From a virus (lineage: Duplodnaviria; Heunggongvirae; Uroviricota; Caudoviricetes), in the IMG/VR virus record IMGVR_UViG_2654587746_000005: DNA of 35,651 nt; one strand, 5' to 3'. Each line of letters opens with the position of its first letter. Position 1 is the first letter of the stretch. Under the pieces are notes generated by a model. That model made no database searches. It had not been told where the DNA came from and worked only from the letters and a program-made list of their open reading frames with translations. This document shows positions 8,571-18,454 of the stretch, piece after piece. The translations under genes were made by a program, and so were the position numbers.

Positions 8571-8800
8571 GTACATCGGCTACCATTCTCGACATGTGCT
8601 GTGGCAGTCGCATGCTCTGGTTCGATAAGAATGACGAATGGTCGATATTTAGCGATATCAGGAAAGAGGAACATTCGCTATGTGATGGACGTCACCCGAT
8701 TATTAATCCCGACATTATCGCTGATTTTCGTGCGCTGCCGTGGTTGTCTGCTTTGCATCAAAAGCAGACATTACCAGATTTAGACATCTGTTTCCGATAG
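8567..8800 (+). CDS. Short ORF with SAM-methyltransferase motif-I-like N-terminus (ILDMCCGS...), possibly a truncated methyltransferase remnant
   Basis: About 77 codons from a GTG. It carries a hh-D-h-x-C-G-S glycine-loop-like signature but lacks the rest of an MTase fold. Weak call. Confidence 0.25.
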   Translation: MSTSATILDMCCGSRMLWFDKNDEWSIFSDIRKEEHSLCDGRHPIINPDIIADFRALPWLSALHQKQTLPDLDICFR

Positions 8801-8832
8801 CCCGTTCTGATGCTACACTTTTTGCTATTTTC

Positions 8833-9519
8833 ATGAACCTCATAAACACATTTATGACTGTTGCTGATTTCAAACGCCCCAAATTGGAGCTCCCAAACGG
8901 GGCAAAAAAACTATTACTGCACTCTTGCTGTGCTCCATGTTCCGGTGAAGTGATGGAGGCGCTTCAGGCCTCGGGAATCGACTACACCATCTTTTTCTAC
9001 AACCCGAACATTCATCCTCAGAAAGAGTATTTAATTCGTAAGGATGAGAATATTCGCTTTGCTAAACAACACGGCGTGCCATTTATTGATGCTGATTACG
9101 ACACAGACAACTGGTTTGAGCGAGCCAAAGGAATGGAATGGGAGCCTGAACGAGGGATCCGTTGTACCATGTGTTTTGACATGCGTTTTGAGCGGACTGC
9201 GCTGTATGCCGCTGAAAATGGTTTCAGTGTGATCAGTAGCTCACTGGGCATTTCACGCTGGAAAAATATGCAGCAGGTTAACGACTGTGGACGGCGAGCC
9301 GTCGCGTATTATCCGGGCATGGTGTACTGGGATTATAACTGGCGAAAGCAGGGCGGCTCTTCCCGCATGATTGAAATCAGCAAGCGCGAACAATTCTATC
9401 AGCAGGAATATTGTGGCTGCGTGTATTCACTGCGCGATACCAATCTACACCGCAAATCTCAGGGACGCCCTCTAATCAAAATTGGTCAACTCCACTACGG
9501 TAAAGAAGGCCAGGAATGA
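8833..9519 (+). CDS. queH: QueH-like (DUF208) Fe-S protein, putative epoxyqueuosine reductase
   Basis: Conserved cysteine motifs are present: [15 protein letters not shown] and YCGC, in a protein of about 220 aa. The start is ambiguous (ATG 8833 or 8863). Confidence 0.7.
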   Translation: MNLINTFMTVADFKRPKLELPNGAKKLLLHSCCAPCSGEVMEALQASGIDYTIFFYNPNIHPQKEYLIRKDENIRFAKQHGVPFIDADYDTDNWFERAKGMEWEPERGIRCTMCFDMRFERTALYAAENGFSVISSSLGISRWKNMQQVNDCGRRAVAYYPGMVYWDYNWRKQGGSSRMIEISKREQFYQQEYCGCVYSLRDTNLHRKSQGRPLIKIGQLHYGKEGQE

Positions 9520-9597
9520 TTTTATATTATGCCAACGGAGCGTAGCAGTGTTTCTATATATAGTACGCCTACCTTAATTTTCAAATAATCATGATTA

Positions 9598-9634
9598 ATG
9601 AGCAGGTCATCAGTGCAAGCAATGACCTGCTCAT
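9598..9634 (+). terminator. Strong 13-bp perfect hairpin (ATGAGCAGGTCAT-loop-ATGACCTGCTCAT) downstream of the queH-like gene
   Basis: Read directly from the sequence. The T-tract is weak, so it may be a terminator, an RNA processing site or a regulatory hairpin. Confidence 0.4.
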
Positions 9635-10074
9635 CTTGTTGAAATTAGAGGAAATCTTGCAGCCATGATATGGCTTAAAATAACGTTTGATTATTTTACC
9701 TGCTGTTTGTCCCTGGTTTAAAGTCGGTTGTCTGATTTGATTACGCGCAACTGACGCTTACGTATTGAAGTAACGAGCACGAAGACACATATTTATCAGT
9801 GCCTGTATACGTCAAGAGCAGGAGATTTATGTGCTGGTTCTCAAATGCACGCTGGCTATTGTGGCTGTAATGGCAATTTATTGTCTTGTTATTGTTCTTA
9901 TGGATCACCTTTCTGATTGATTTCATATTGGAGAGGTAACGGTAGTTAAGTAGAATGGCTGCGGGTGCTTGAGGCTATCTGCCTCGGGCATGAACACCAA
10001 CGGCAGATAGAGAAAAGCCCCAGTTAACATTACGCGTCCTGCAAGACGCTTAACATTAATCTGAGGCCAATTTC

Positions 10075-10287
10075 ATGCTAGACACATGTAGGTTAGCCTC
10101 TTACGTGCCGAAAGGCAAGGAGAAGCAGGCTATGAAGCAGCAAAAGGCGATGTTAATCGCCCTGATCGTCATCTGTTTAACCGTCATAGTGACGGCACTG
10201 GTAACGAGGAAAGACCTCTGCGAGGTACGAATCCGAACCGGCCAGACGGAGGTCGCTGTCTTCACAGCTTACGAACCTGAGGAGTAA
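10075..10287 (+). CDS. mok: Mok-like in-frame leader ORF of the hok locus
   Basis: 70-aa ORF that is an in-frame N-terminal extension of hok, as recalled for chromosomal mokC/hokC. Confidence 0.55.
   Translation: MLDTCRLASYVPKGKEKQAMKQQKAMLIALIVICLTVIVTALVTRKDLCEVRIRTGQTEVAVFTAYEPEE
10132..10287 (+). CDS. hok: Hok/Gef-family type I toxin (51 aa)
   Basis: MKQQKAMLIALIVICLTVIVTALVTRKDLCEVRIRTGQTEVAVFTAYEPEE matches recalled HokD/RelF. It is followed by an intrinsic terminator. Confidence 0.85.
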   Translation: MKQQKAMLIALIVICLTVIVTALVTRKDLCEVRIRTGQTEVAVFTAYEPEE

Positions 10288-10355
10288 GAGACCCGGCGAG
10301 GGAGAAATCCCTCGCCACCTCTGATGTGGCAGGCATCCTCAACGCACTCGCACTT

Positions 10356-10380
10356 AACCCGCTTCGGCGGGTTTTTGTTT
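10356..10380 (+). terminator. Rho-independent terminator after hok (AACCCGC-TTCG-GCGGGTT + T-run)
   Basis: Perfect 7-bp stem, tetraloop and T-tract read from the sequence. Confidence 0.65.
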
Positions 10381-10503
10381 TTATTTTCAACGCGTTTGAA
10401 GTTCTGGACGGTGCCGGAATAGAATCAAAAATACTTAAGTAGCGCGCAGGGATAAGAGGGATGGTCCCTTAAAGGGGAGAGCTAATTATCCGGAAGGATT
10501 CTG

Positions 10504-10755
10504 ATGACGAACATCGAAGAACTGCGTAAAAATTTTTGTGAAGATGGCCTCTATGCTGTGTGCGTTGAAAATGGAAATCTTGTTAGTCATTACCGCATTA
10601 TGTGTTTGCGAAAGAATGGGGCTGCGTTAATTAATTTTGTGGATGGTCGAGTGACAGACGGATTTATCTTGCGCGAAGGTGAGTTTGTCACTTCATTACA
10701 GGCACTGAAAGAGATCGGAATAAAAGCAGGCTTTTCAGCTTTTGCAGAAGAATAA
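10504..10755 (+). CDS. Rem-like hypothetical protein (83 aa)
   Basis: 83-aa ORF next to hok, matching the size and position of Qin rem in the recalled hokD-rem-ydfU-Q order. No sequence-level verification. Confidence 0.4.
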   Translation: MTNIEELRKNFCEDGLYAVCVENGNLVSHYRIMCLRKNGAALINFVDGRVTDGFILREGEFVTSLQALKEIGIKAGFSAFAEE

Positions 10756-10821
10756 ACTCATCTACAATCTTGCGCGGGGCTGAACTCCCGCTGAGTAACA
10801 CCGTGCCACCGGAGAAAACCG

Positions 10822-11100
10822 ATGGCACGCAACGTAAAATATTACAATTCTGATAATTCGCCCGTTCTTGTCTGCACGCACGAGCGGTATTCTCACGCAT
10901 TCAAGTCTGAATGGTTCCAACACCCTCCATGCACTGAAGAGCAGGCTGAATGGATAATTCAGTGTTACCGCAGGCGCGGATACGAGGTTAAGAAAGCCCT
11001 TAGTCTCGACTACCGTCACTGGATAATCTCAGTCAGATTGCCTTACTCCGAACGCCCACCGCGTCCGTCCCGTACATTCCAGCAACGCATCTGGAGGTAA
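10822..11100 (+). CDS. Hypothetical protein (92 aa)
   Basis: ORF in operon orientation directly upstream of the ydfU-like gene. No recognised family. Confidence 0.35.
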   Translation: MARNVKYYNSDNSPVLVCTHERYSHAFKSEWFQHPPCTEEQAEWIIQCYRRRGYEVKKALSLDYRHWIISVRLPYSERPPRPSRTFQQRIWR

Positions 11101-11101
11101 C

Positions 11102-12151
11102 GTGCGGGTATTACTTCGACCTGTTCTGGTACCGGAACTTGGGCTGGTGGTCGTTAAGCCGGGCCGTGAATCCATGCCGGTATTCCACAATACCCGGGTA
11201 CTGGTGGAGCCGGAACCGAAAAGCATGCGTAATCTGCCGTCCGGGGTCGTTCCTGCCGTTCGCCAGCCGCTGGTGGAAGACAAAACATTGCTGCCGTTTT
11301 TCAGTAACGCACGGGTAATTCGTGCTGCTGGTGGTGCTGGTGCATTGTCTGACTGGCTGTTGCGCCATATTAAATCCTGCCAGTGGCCACACGGCGATTA
11401 TCATCACAGCGAAACCGTTATTCACCGATATGGTACCGGCGCAATGGTGTTGTGCTGGCACTGCGACAACCAGCTGCGTGACCAGACATCCGAATCACTC
11501 GAGCAACTTGCTCATCAAAACCTGTCAGCATGGATGATTGACGTCATCGGTCACGCAATAAGCGGTACGCAGGAGCGTGAATTATCTCTGGCTGAATTAT
11601 CCTGGTGGGCGGTCCGCAATCAGCTGGCGGACGCGCTACCGGAAGCGGTATTACGTCGCTCGCTGGGATTACCAGCGGAAAAAATCTGCTCGGTGTACCG
11701 CGAAAGCGACATCGTACCGGGAGAGCAGACCGCCACCAGCATATTGAAACAGCGCACAAAAAATCTTGCACCGTTGCCTCACGCCCACCAGCAACAAAAC
11801 CCATCACAGGAAAAGACGGTGGTAAGCATCACCGTTGATCCAGAGTCTCCGGAATCTTTCATGAAGCTGCCTAAACGTCACCGGTGGGTTAAGGAGAAAT
11901 ACACACGCTGGGTTAAGACACAGCCGTGTGCTTGCTGCGGTATGCCAGCCGACGATCCGCATCATCTGATTGGTCACGGGCAGGGCGGAATGGGAACCAA
12001 AGCACATGATCTCTTTGTTTTGCCTTTGTGCAGAAAGCATCACGACGAGTTGCATACGGATACCGTGGCATTTGAAGAGAAGTATGGCTCCCAACTGGAG
12101 CTGATTTTTCGATTTATCGATCGCGCGCTGGCAATTGGTGTGCTGGCCTAA
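11102..12151 (+). CDS. YdfU-like DUF968 protein with HNH-like Cys/His motif
   Basis: 349-aa ORF (GTG start) in the pre-Q position. The C-terminal motif [14 protein letters not shown]...CRKHHDELH is typical of the DUF968/YdfU family in lambdoid prophages. Confidence 0.7.
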   Translation: MRVLLRPVLVPELGLVVVKPGRESMPVFHNTRVLVEPEPKSMRNLPSGVVPAVRQPLVEDKTLLPFFSNARVIRAAGGAGALSDWLLRHIKSCQWPHGDYHHSETVIHRYGTGAMVLCWHCDNQLRDQTSESLEQLAHQNLSAWMIDVIGHAISGTQERELSLAELSWWAVRNQLADALPEAVLRRSLGLPAEKICSVYRESDIVPGEQTATSILKQRTKNLAPLPHAHQQQNPSQEKTVVSITVDPESPESFMKLPKRHRWVKEKYTRWVKTQPCACCGMPADDPHHLIGHGQGGMGTKAHDLFVLPLCRKHHDELHTDTVAFEEKYGSQLELIFRFIDRALAIGVLA

Positions 12152-12168
12152 TTTTGTGGAGTAAGTTG

Positions 12169-12546
12169 ATGCGTGATATTCAGATGGTTCTTGAGCGTTG
12201 GGGGGCATGGGCGGCTAATAATCATGAAGATGTGACCTGGTCGTCCATTGCCGCCGGTTTTAAGGGATTAATTCCTTCAAAAGTAAGATCTCGTCCGCAA
12301 TGCTGTGACGATGACGCGATGATCATTTGTGAATGTATGGCTCGCCTGAAAAAAAACAACAGCGATTTACATGATTTATTGGTGGACTATTATGTCGGCG
12401 GCATGACTTTTATGGCGCTTGCACGTAAGCATGGGCGATCTGATTGTTGGGTTGGCAGGATGCTCCAGAAAGCTGAGGGCGTAGTGGAGGGCATGCTGAT
12501 GGTGTTGGATCTCCGATTGGAGATGGATGCTGATTGTTCGAAATAA
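12169..12546 (+). CDS. Late-gene antiterminator Q (QuuD-type, about 125 aa)
   Basis: ATG with [33 protein letters not shown]... matches recalled DLP12 QuuD-type Q. It sits directly upstream of a promoter/terminator-like region and the lysis cassette. Confidence 0.7.
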   Translation: MRDIQMVLERWGAWAANNHEDVTWSSIAAGFKGLIPSKVRSRPQCCDDDAMIICECMARLKKNNSDLHDLLVDYYVGGMTFMALARKHGRSDCWVGRMLQKAEGVVEGMLMVLDLRLEMDADCSK

Positions 12547-12645
12547 TTAAAGGAAAAGTTGCTGTCTGATTTTCATTAGTCTAACATTTTAAATGTTGGA
12601 ATCGCAACGTAGTTATTATCATATAACAGCTTATTTCCTGATTTA

Positions 12646-12673
12646 GCCAGCCTCCCCAAAGGCTGGTTTTTTT
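12646..12673 (+). terminator. Intrinsic terminator (CCAGCCT-loop-AGGCTGG + T7), candidate tR'-like target of Q downstream of a putative late promoter
   Basis: Perfect 7-bp stem and T-run read from the sequence, about 100 nt after the Q stop. This is analogous to lambda PR'-qut-tR'. Confidence 0.5.
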
Positions 12674-12701
12674 CTAATAAGTATCATTTCGGGTGGGGAT
12701 T

Positions 12702-13226
12702 TTATTGTTTAACCCATAATAGTTCATTGACATTGAATCCCAACTTTTGAGCGGTACGCACATAGTCTGCTTTTACATTATCTGGAATAGTTTGGGTCCT
12801 TGCCAGAATCCATAGGTATTCTCTGTTCGGACCACTGACAAGAGCATACTTATACTCATCATCCAGTTTGATTACATTATAGCCACCATAGAAGGGGCCA
12901 AAAAACGAAACTTTCAACGCTGCAGTTTTAGTATCTCCAGTAAAGTATGCTTTACCTTCGCTCTCGCTCCATTTGTTTTTCGTTGGATCGTATCCACGGT
13001 TAAGTACGCGAATCCCTCCGTCGTTCCGTTTTTCATAAGTAGCGCTGACCTGTTCCAGACCACGTTCGAACCAGTTCTCGAGGCGAGCTATTTCATACCA
13101 TTTTCCGAGGTAGCGGTTGGCGTCAAAATTTGTAATCGGCTGCACACCTTTAGGTGGTGTCGGGGCCTTACATGCTATAAGAGTGAAAGAGAGTGCAATG
13201 CCAGTCAACACAGGCCATAACTTCAT
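12702..13226 (-). CDS. Blc-like outer-membrane lipocalin lipoprotein
   Basis: 174 aa with a signal peptide and lipobox (LIAC). Lipocalin motifs NFDANRYLGKWYEIAR and KVSFFGPFYGGYNVI closely resemble recalled E. coli Blc. The gene is on the opposite strand to the late operon. Confidence 0.8.
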   Translation of the reverse strand: MKLWPVLTGIALSFTLIACKAPTPPKGVQPITNFDANRYLGKWYEIARLENWFERGLEQVSATYEKRNDGGIRVLNRGYDPTKNKWSESEGKAYFTGDTKTAALKVSFFGPFYGGYNVIKLDDEYKYALVSGPNREYLWILARTQTIPDNVKADYVRTAQKLGFNVNELLWVKQ

Positions 13227-13418
13227 AATAAATCCTGTACTTTTGATAGTTGAGAGTAAGTATGAAAGATAGATGAGTACGACCGATCACTTAAAGAACT
13301 TTCCTACTATATTAGGAATAGTCAATAACAGAAAAATTGTCAGTGATGAAGCCAGAAAGGCAATTTAGTCCGTTCACTACAAAGTTTATGTGTTAATGAA
13401 TTAGTCAAGGGGGAGGAA

Positions 13419-14378
13419 ATGATAAAAAAACCTGTGATTGGGATCAGCGGTTGTTTGGGCGGTTCTGCTGTTCGTTTTGATGGTGGTCACAAAAGAGATG
13501 ACTTTTTAATGGACAAATTAGTGGAATGGGTAACATTCAGACCAGTATGTCCGGAAATGGCTATAGGGCTGCCAGTTCCGCGTCCTGCTCTACGACTTGT
13601 GCGCTCGAAGCAAGGAAATATACGGATGTGTTTCAGCCACGACCAGAATGAGGATGTGACAGAGAGAATGACAGAGTTTAGTCGTTCTTATATGGACAAA
13701 TTAAAGGATGTATCGGGGTTTGTGGTTTGTGCTAAATCTCCCAGCTGTGGCATGGAGCGCGTGCGTGTCTATGATGAAAATGGTAATCGAGGTCGTAAAG
13801 ATGGAGTGGGACTATTTACGAGCACTTTGATGGAAAAGTTTTCCTGGCTACCGGTTGAAGAGGATGGGCGATTACATGATCCAGTGCTTCGTGAGAATTT
13901 TATTGAAAGAGTTTTTGCTTTGCATGAGCTCAATCACCTTTACAAGGAGAAATTATCAAGAAGAGAGTTATTAGCTTTTCATAGTCGTTATAAGCTTCAG
14001 TTGTTGGCGCATAGCCAGGCAGGCTATAAAGATATGGGACCATTTGTGGCTGCAATACACGAGTGGGCGGACCTTGAATCATACTTTGAGGTGTATCGTG
14101 ATAATCTGATGGCGATTCTCAGAAAACCAGCATCACGTAAAAATCACACGAATGTGCTGATGCATATACAGGGGTATTTTAGTAATTACTTAAGTACACG
14201 CCAGCGTAAAGAGTTGAGCGAGGTTATACTTAACTATCGCTTTGGCACATTGCCTCTTCTTGCGCCGTTGACTCTGCTGAAGCATTATCTGGGTGAGTAT
14301 CCTAATGATTACTTGCTTACACAGAACTACTTCGATCCCTATCCGGAAGAACTGGCTCTAAGACTGATGGTGAATTAA
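13419..14378 (+). CDS. Two-domain protein: N-terminal DUF523/TudS-like [4Fe-4S] domain fused to C-terminal DUF1722/YbgA-like domain
   Basis: TudS-type motifs are present: GISGCLGG, PVCPEMAIGLP and AKSPSCGM (three Cys plus Glu/Ser). The C-terminal half resembles YbgA. RBS AGGGGGAGG is upstream. Confidence 0.7.
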   Translation: MIKKPVIGISGCLGGSAVRFDGGHKRDDFLMDKLVEWVTFRPVCPEMAIGLPVPRPALRLVRSKQGNIRMCFSHDQNEDVTERMTEFSRSYMDKLKDVSGFVVCAKSPSCGMERVRVYDENGNRGRKDGVGLFTSTLMEKFSWLPVEEDGRLHDPVLRENFIERVFALHELNHLYKEKLSRRELLAFHSRYKLQLLAHSQAGYKDMGPFVAAIHEWADLESYFEVYRDNLMAILRKPASRKNHTNVLMHIQGYFSNYLSTRQRKELSEVILNYRFGTLPLLAPLTLLKHYLGEYPNDYLLTQNYFDPYPEELALRLMVN

Positions 14379-14784
14379 CTGTATGCGATATCATCTGAAA
14401 GTGATGAGTTCCTGTATGCAGGATATTTACAATCGTAAAAACTACGCTATGATGCTCATAGTGTCAGTTTTTATAAAAATCCTGTTCACGCTAAAGAAGA
14501 CATTGAGATGCAATTTAATGTTGGTAAACATACCAGCCCCAAAAGATTTTATTCAATCTGTTTTTATATGAAGATATTTCAAGTGAATATTAAGAGCATA
14601 TAATATTATTATTGCACGCAGCTATTATAATATAACAGATTAGTTTAATGATTTGTTTTTTGTGAGTTAAACACATGGTTTTATAGTTGTGATGCAATGA
14701 GATTTTCCTTATTGTTGAACTGGCGAATATTGATTTTCCACCTATACTTACCTGGTGTAACCCCAATGATATCAGGTGGATAAT

Positions 14785-15498
14785 ATGCCATACATATGTT
14801 CTATCATTTTGGTGTTGAACTCGTTTGGTGTCCGAATTGGTAAAGAAGATATTTTGTTTAAAAAAGGAAATGCTGTCCTCATTGAATACAATTTAAAAGA
14901 TCTTTTTTCGTCAAATACAGATCATCTAATGATCGTAGATGTTGAGGAGAAAACAGTTAATGATTTCTTTAAAAACTACACACTCTCACCTTTTTCTGTA
15001 AGAAGGTTTTATCCGTCATACTTGATAGTAGAATGTGAAGATTTTTCATTGTTAAAGAACTTGGTTGCATGCTTGAATTGTGATAGCAAAACCGTGGATG
15101 TAGTTAGAAATCAAATATCACTTGCATGTCTTGCTGTCTTATCTTCAGAGAAAATAGTGCAAAGTTTTTTGTTCGGAAGTCTTAATAGCTTAGGTTGTAA
15201 AGTTAAGGCTATTATTCACTCGGATATCTCTGCGTCATGGAGACTTTGTGATATATCTTCAAGATTATATATGAGCGAGAGTTTGTTAAAAAGAAAATTA
15301 AAAGACGAAGGATTATCGTTTAGTAAATTAATTCTTGAAGAACGAATGATGATGGCGCAAAGATTATTGATCTACAGTAACCATACTGTCGGCAAGGTGG
15401 CGGGAATATGCGGGTATGACAATGCATCATATTTTGTAAGTGTTTTTAGAGGATATTTTGGTGTGCCTCCGCACCAATATTTATCAAGATTTTCTTAG
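14785..15498 (+). CDS. AraC/XylS-family transcriptional regulator (AppY-like)
   Basis: Very AT-rich gene. The C-terminus has the AraC double HTH (…SESLLKRKLKDEGLSFSKL…GYDNASYFVSVFRGYFGVPPHQY). The N-terminus and overall layout resemble recalled prophage regulator AppY. Confidence 0.8.
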   Translation: MPYICSIILVLNSFGVRIGKEDILFKKGNAVLIEYNLKDLFSSNTDHLMIVDVEEKTVNDFFKNYTLSPFSVRRFYPSYLIVECEDFSLLKNLVACLNCDSKTVDVVRNQISLACLAVLSSEKIVQSFLFGSLNSLGCKVKAIIHSDISASWRLCDISSRLYMSESLLKRKLKDEGLSFSKLILEERMMMAQRLLIYSNHTVGKVAGICGYDNASYFVSVFRGYFGVPPHQYLSRFS

Positions 15499-15568
15499 AA
15501 GATATGATGTGATGGCATTTTATAAAGTTATTTTTTGAAGTGTAAGATTATACGATATTTTTAGCTAC

Positions 15569-15598
15569 GCCAGAATAATTGCTGGCGTTTTTCTTTTT
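15569..15598 (+). terminator. Intrinsic terminator after the AraC-family gene (ACGCCAG-loop-CTGGCGT + T-run)
   Basis: Stem-loop and T-tract read from the sequence. Confidence 0.5.
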
Positions 15599-15688
15599 GA
15601 ATAGATGTTCGGGCCTTACGCTAATGTAACTTCTTTCCTTCTTCGAACCAAACCGTGTACACCATCCGTTATCTGCGGAGGTGAGGCT

Positions 15689-15904
15689 ATGAAATCCATG
15701 GATAAGTTAACAACGGGCATCGCCTACAGCACCTCTGCAGGCAGTGCTGGCTACTGGTTTTTACAGTTGCTCGATAAAGTCACGCCCTCACAGTGGGCGG
15801 CAATAGGTGTATTGGGTAGTCTGGTATTTGGCATGCTGACGTATCTGACAAATCTTTATTTCAAGATTAAAGAAGACAGGCGTAAGGCTGCGAGAGGAGA
15901 GTAA
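15689..15904 (+). CDS. S21-type class II holin (pinholin) with dual-start motif
   Basis: [71 protein letters not shown] closely matches recalled phage 21 S (the S71/S68 dual-start MKSM...). RBS GGAGGTGAGG is upstream. Confidence 0.85.
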   Translation: MKSMDKLTTGIAYSTSAGSAGYWFLQLLDKVTPSQWAAIGVLGSLVFGMLTYLTNLYFKIKEDRRKAARGE

Positions 15905-15908
15905 TCCA

Positions 15909-16216
15909 ATGACTCAAGACTATGAACTGGTTGTGAAAGGAGTCCGTAATTTTGAGAATAAAGTTACGGTAACTGTAGCCTTACAGGACAAAGAACGCTT
16001 TGACGGTGAAATTTTTGGCCTGGATGTCGCCATGGACCGTGTTGAAGGAGCTGCGCTGGAGTTTTATGAGGCAGCAGCCAGAATGAGCGTCCGGCAAGTC
16101 TTCCTGGAAGTAGCAGAAAAATTGTCAGAAAAAGTTGAGTCTTATCTGCAGCATCAGTACTCCTTTAAGATTGAAAATCCTGCCAATAAGCACGAGCGTC
16201 CTCATCATAAATATCT

Positions 16217-16220
<4 letters not shown>
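15909..16220 (+). CDS. YdfR-like (DUF1327-like) protein between holin and endolysin
   Basis: 103-aa ORF whose size and position match Qin ydfR. Family assignment is from recall. Confidence 0.45.
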
Positions 16221-17244
<1,024 letters not shown>

Positions 17245-17607
17245 ATTAATATTAAATCGGATTATTTTTAGCGCTGAATGTGAAATTTAAATAAAAAGGA
17301 CTCTTCCATGAGTCAAAATCCTTGAAATCTTAAGGGTAAGATAAAAGGTCATTAGACAGAATGACACGTTTTATTAATAAATAAAGCTATTGTTTCATTC
17401 GTGTGTTTTTCTTTACAAAAGTAATCCTTGCTATGGTTGGTTAATCATGCGTTAATGGTGTTCTGGTTTGTTACAAAATTATCTGAAGCAGTCATTGTTA
17501 TAATTTTATTATTTGTACCTCTTGAGATTTCCTTGTTGGTTTTTCTCTCTGATATTTTTTTTCGGACCATTCTGCCCAAGGGCTAACTTCTTCAAAAGGT
17601 AATAATG

Positions 17608-17820
17608 ATGTCTAACAAAATGACTGGTTTAGTGAAATGGTTTAACCCTGAAAAAGGTTTTGGTTTCATCACGCCGAAAGATGGTAGCAAAGATGTGTTT
17701 GTGCATTTCTCAGCTATTCAGAGCAACGATTTCAAAACGTTAACTGAGAATCAGGAAGTCGAATTTGGTATTGAGAACGGACCTAAAGGCCCTGCAGCTG
17801 TTCATGTAGTGGCACTTTGA
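17608..17820 (+). CDS. CspA-family cold-shock protein
   Basis: [23 protein letters not shown]...VHF... shows canonical RNP1/RNP2 cold-shock domain motifs. A long AT-rich 5' leader lies upstream. Confidence 0.9.
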   Translation: MSNKMTGLVKWFNPEKGFGFITPKDGSKDVFVHFSAIQSNDFKTLTENQEVEFGIENGPKGPAAVHVVAL

Positions 17821-18023
17821 GGTAGAAAATATTACAAACCATATTCACTTTAGATGCCCGTGTTGCCATGGTTCTCAGTATAGAACATCATCTTTTGATG
17901 TTTCTGACAGAAATCCTTTCGGGGCAAAATGTATCTTTTGTAAATCAATGATGATTACATTTGATAATATTTCACAATACTTAAATGTTAGCCATCTGTC
18001 GTTAGATTTAAGAAAGTGAAAAT

Positions 18024-18048
18024 GAAGGCTCCTTCGGGAGCTTTTTTG
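18024..18048 (+). terminator. Intrinsic terminator-like hairpin (GGCTCC-TTCG-GGAGC + T6)
   Basis: Read from the sequence, about 200 nt downstream of the csp stop. Confidence 0.4.
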
Positions 18049-18091
18049 CTTAGTGTCTAGTCGATGGATACTCACATATTACGGTAACATT

Positions 18092-18322
18092 ATGAAAAAA
18101 ATAATAGTTTTTTTTAACTCTGAACCAGCAATGGTAGTGCCAGTGATGACCGGAGTTAACACCATCATGCGTGAATATCCAAATGGCGAAACAACACACC
18201 TCACTGTAATGGCTGCAGGGTTTCCATCTCTGACCGGAGATCATAAAGTCATTTATGTAGCAGCGGATCGACATGTAACTTCAGAAGAAATTCTGGAAGC
18301 AGCAATGAGACTCTTGAATTGA
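18092..18322 (+). CDS. Hypothetical small protein (76 aa)
   Basis: ORF just upstream of the IS left end. Weak RBS. No family recognised. Confidence 0.3.
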   Translation: MKKIIVFFNSEPAMVVPVMTGVNTIMREYPNGETTHLTVMAAGFPSLTGDHKVIYVAADRHVTSEEILEAAMRLLN

Positions 18323-18454
18323 TTTGATTCTAATGCATTGATAATAAATGATAATCATCTTTATCTGTTTGTGTGAAATTTAGCGAAAAACGCCGTAAAC
18401 CCTCGCCCAATGCGGGCGGGGATATAAGGCGAAAAGCCCGCAGGGCTTTAAAGA

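Noticed and set aside
9741-9926. 61-aa minus-strand ORF in the queH-hok intergenic region
   Set aside because: AT-rich low-complexity translation with no RBS or homology. More likely non-coding sequence, possibly hok-locus regulatory RNA.
10504-12151. hok-rem-like-92aa-ydfU-like cluster as a candidate novel defence system
   Set aside because: Gene order and sizes match the conserved Qin-type hokD/rem/ydfU block. No nuclease/ATPase/sensor architecture beyond the known DUF968 HNH-like motif was seen, so there is insufficient evidence for a distinct system.
11111-12208. Minus-strand ORFs (11111..11461, 11544..11807, 11804..12208) overlapping the ydfU-like and Q genes
   Set aside because: Antisense frame-shadow ORFs inside well-supported plus-strand genes.
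12547-15604. Possibility of Shiga toxin (stxAB) or tRNA genes in the Q-S slot
   Set aside because: No ORFs resembling StxA/StxB and no tRNA-like sequence were seen. The slot holds the lipocalin, Fe-S and AraC genes instead.
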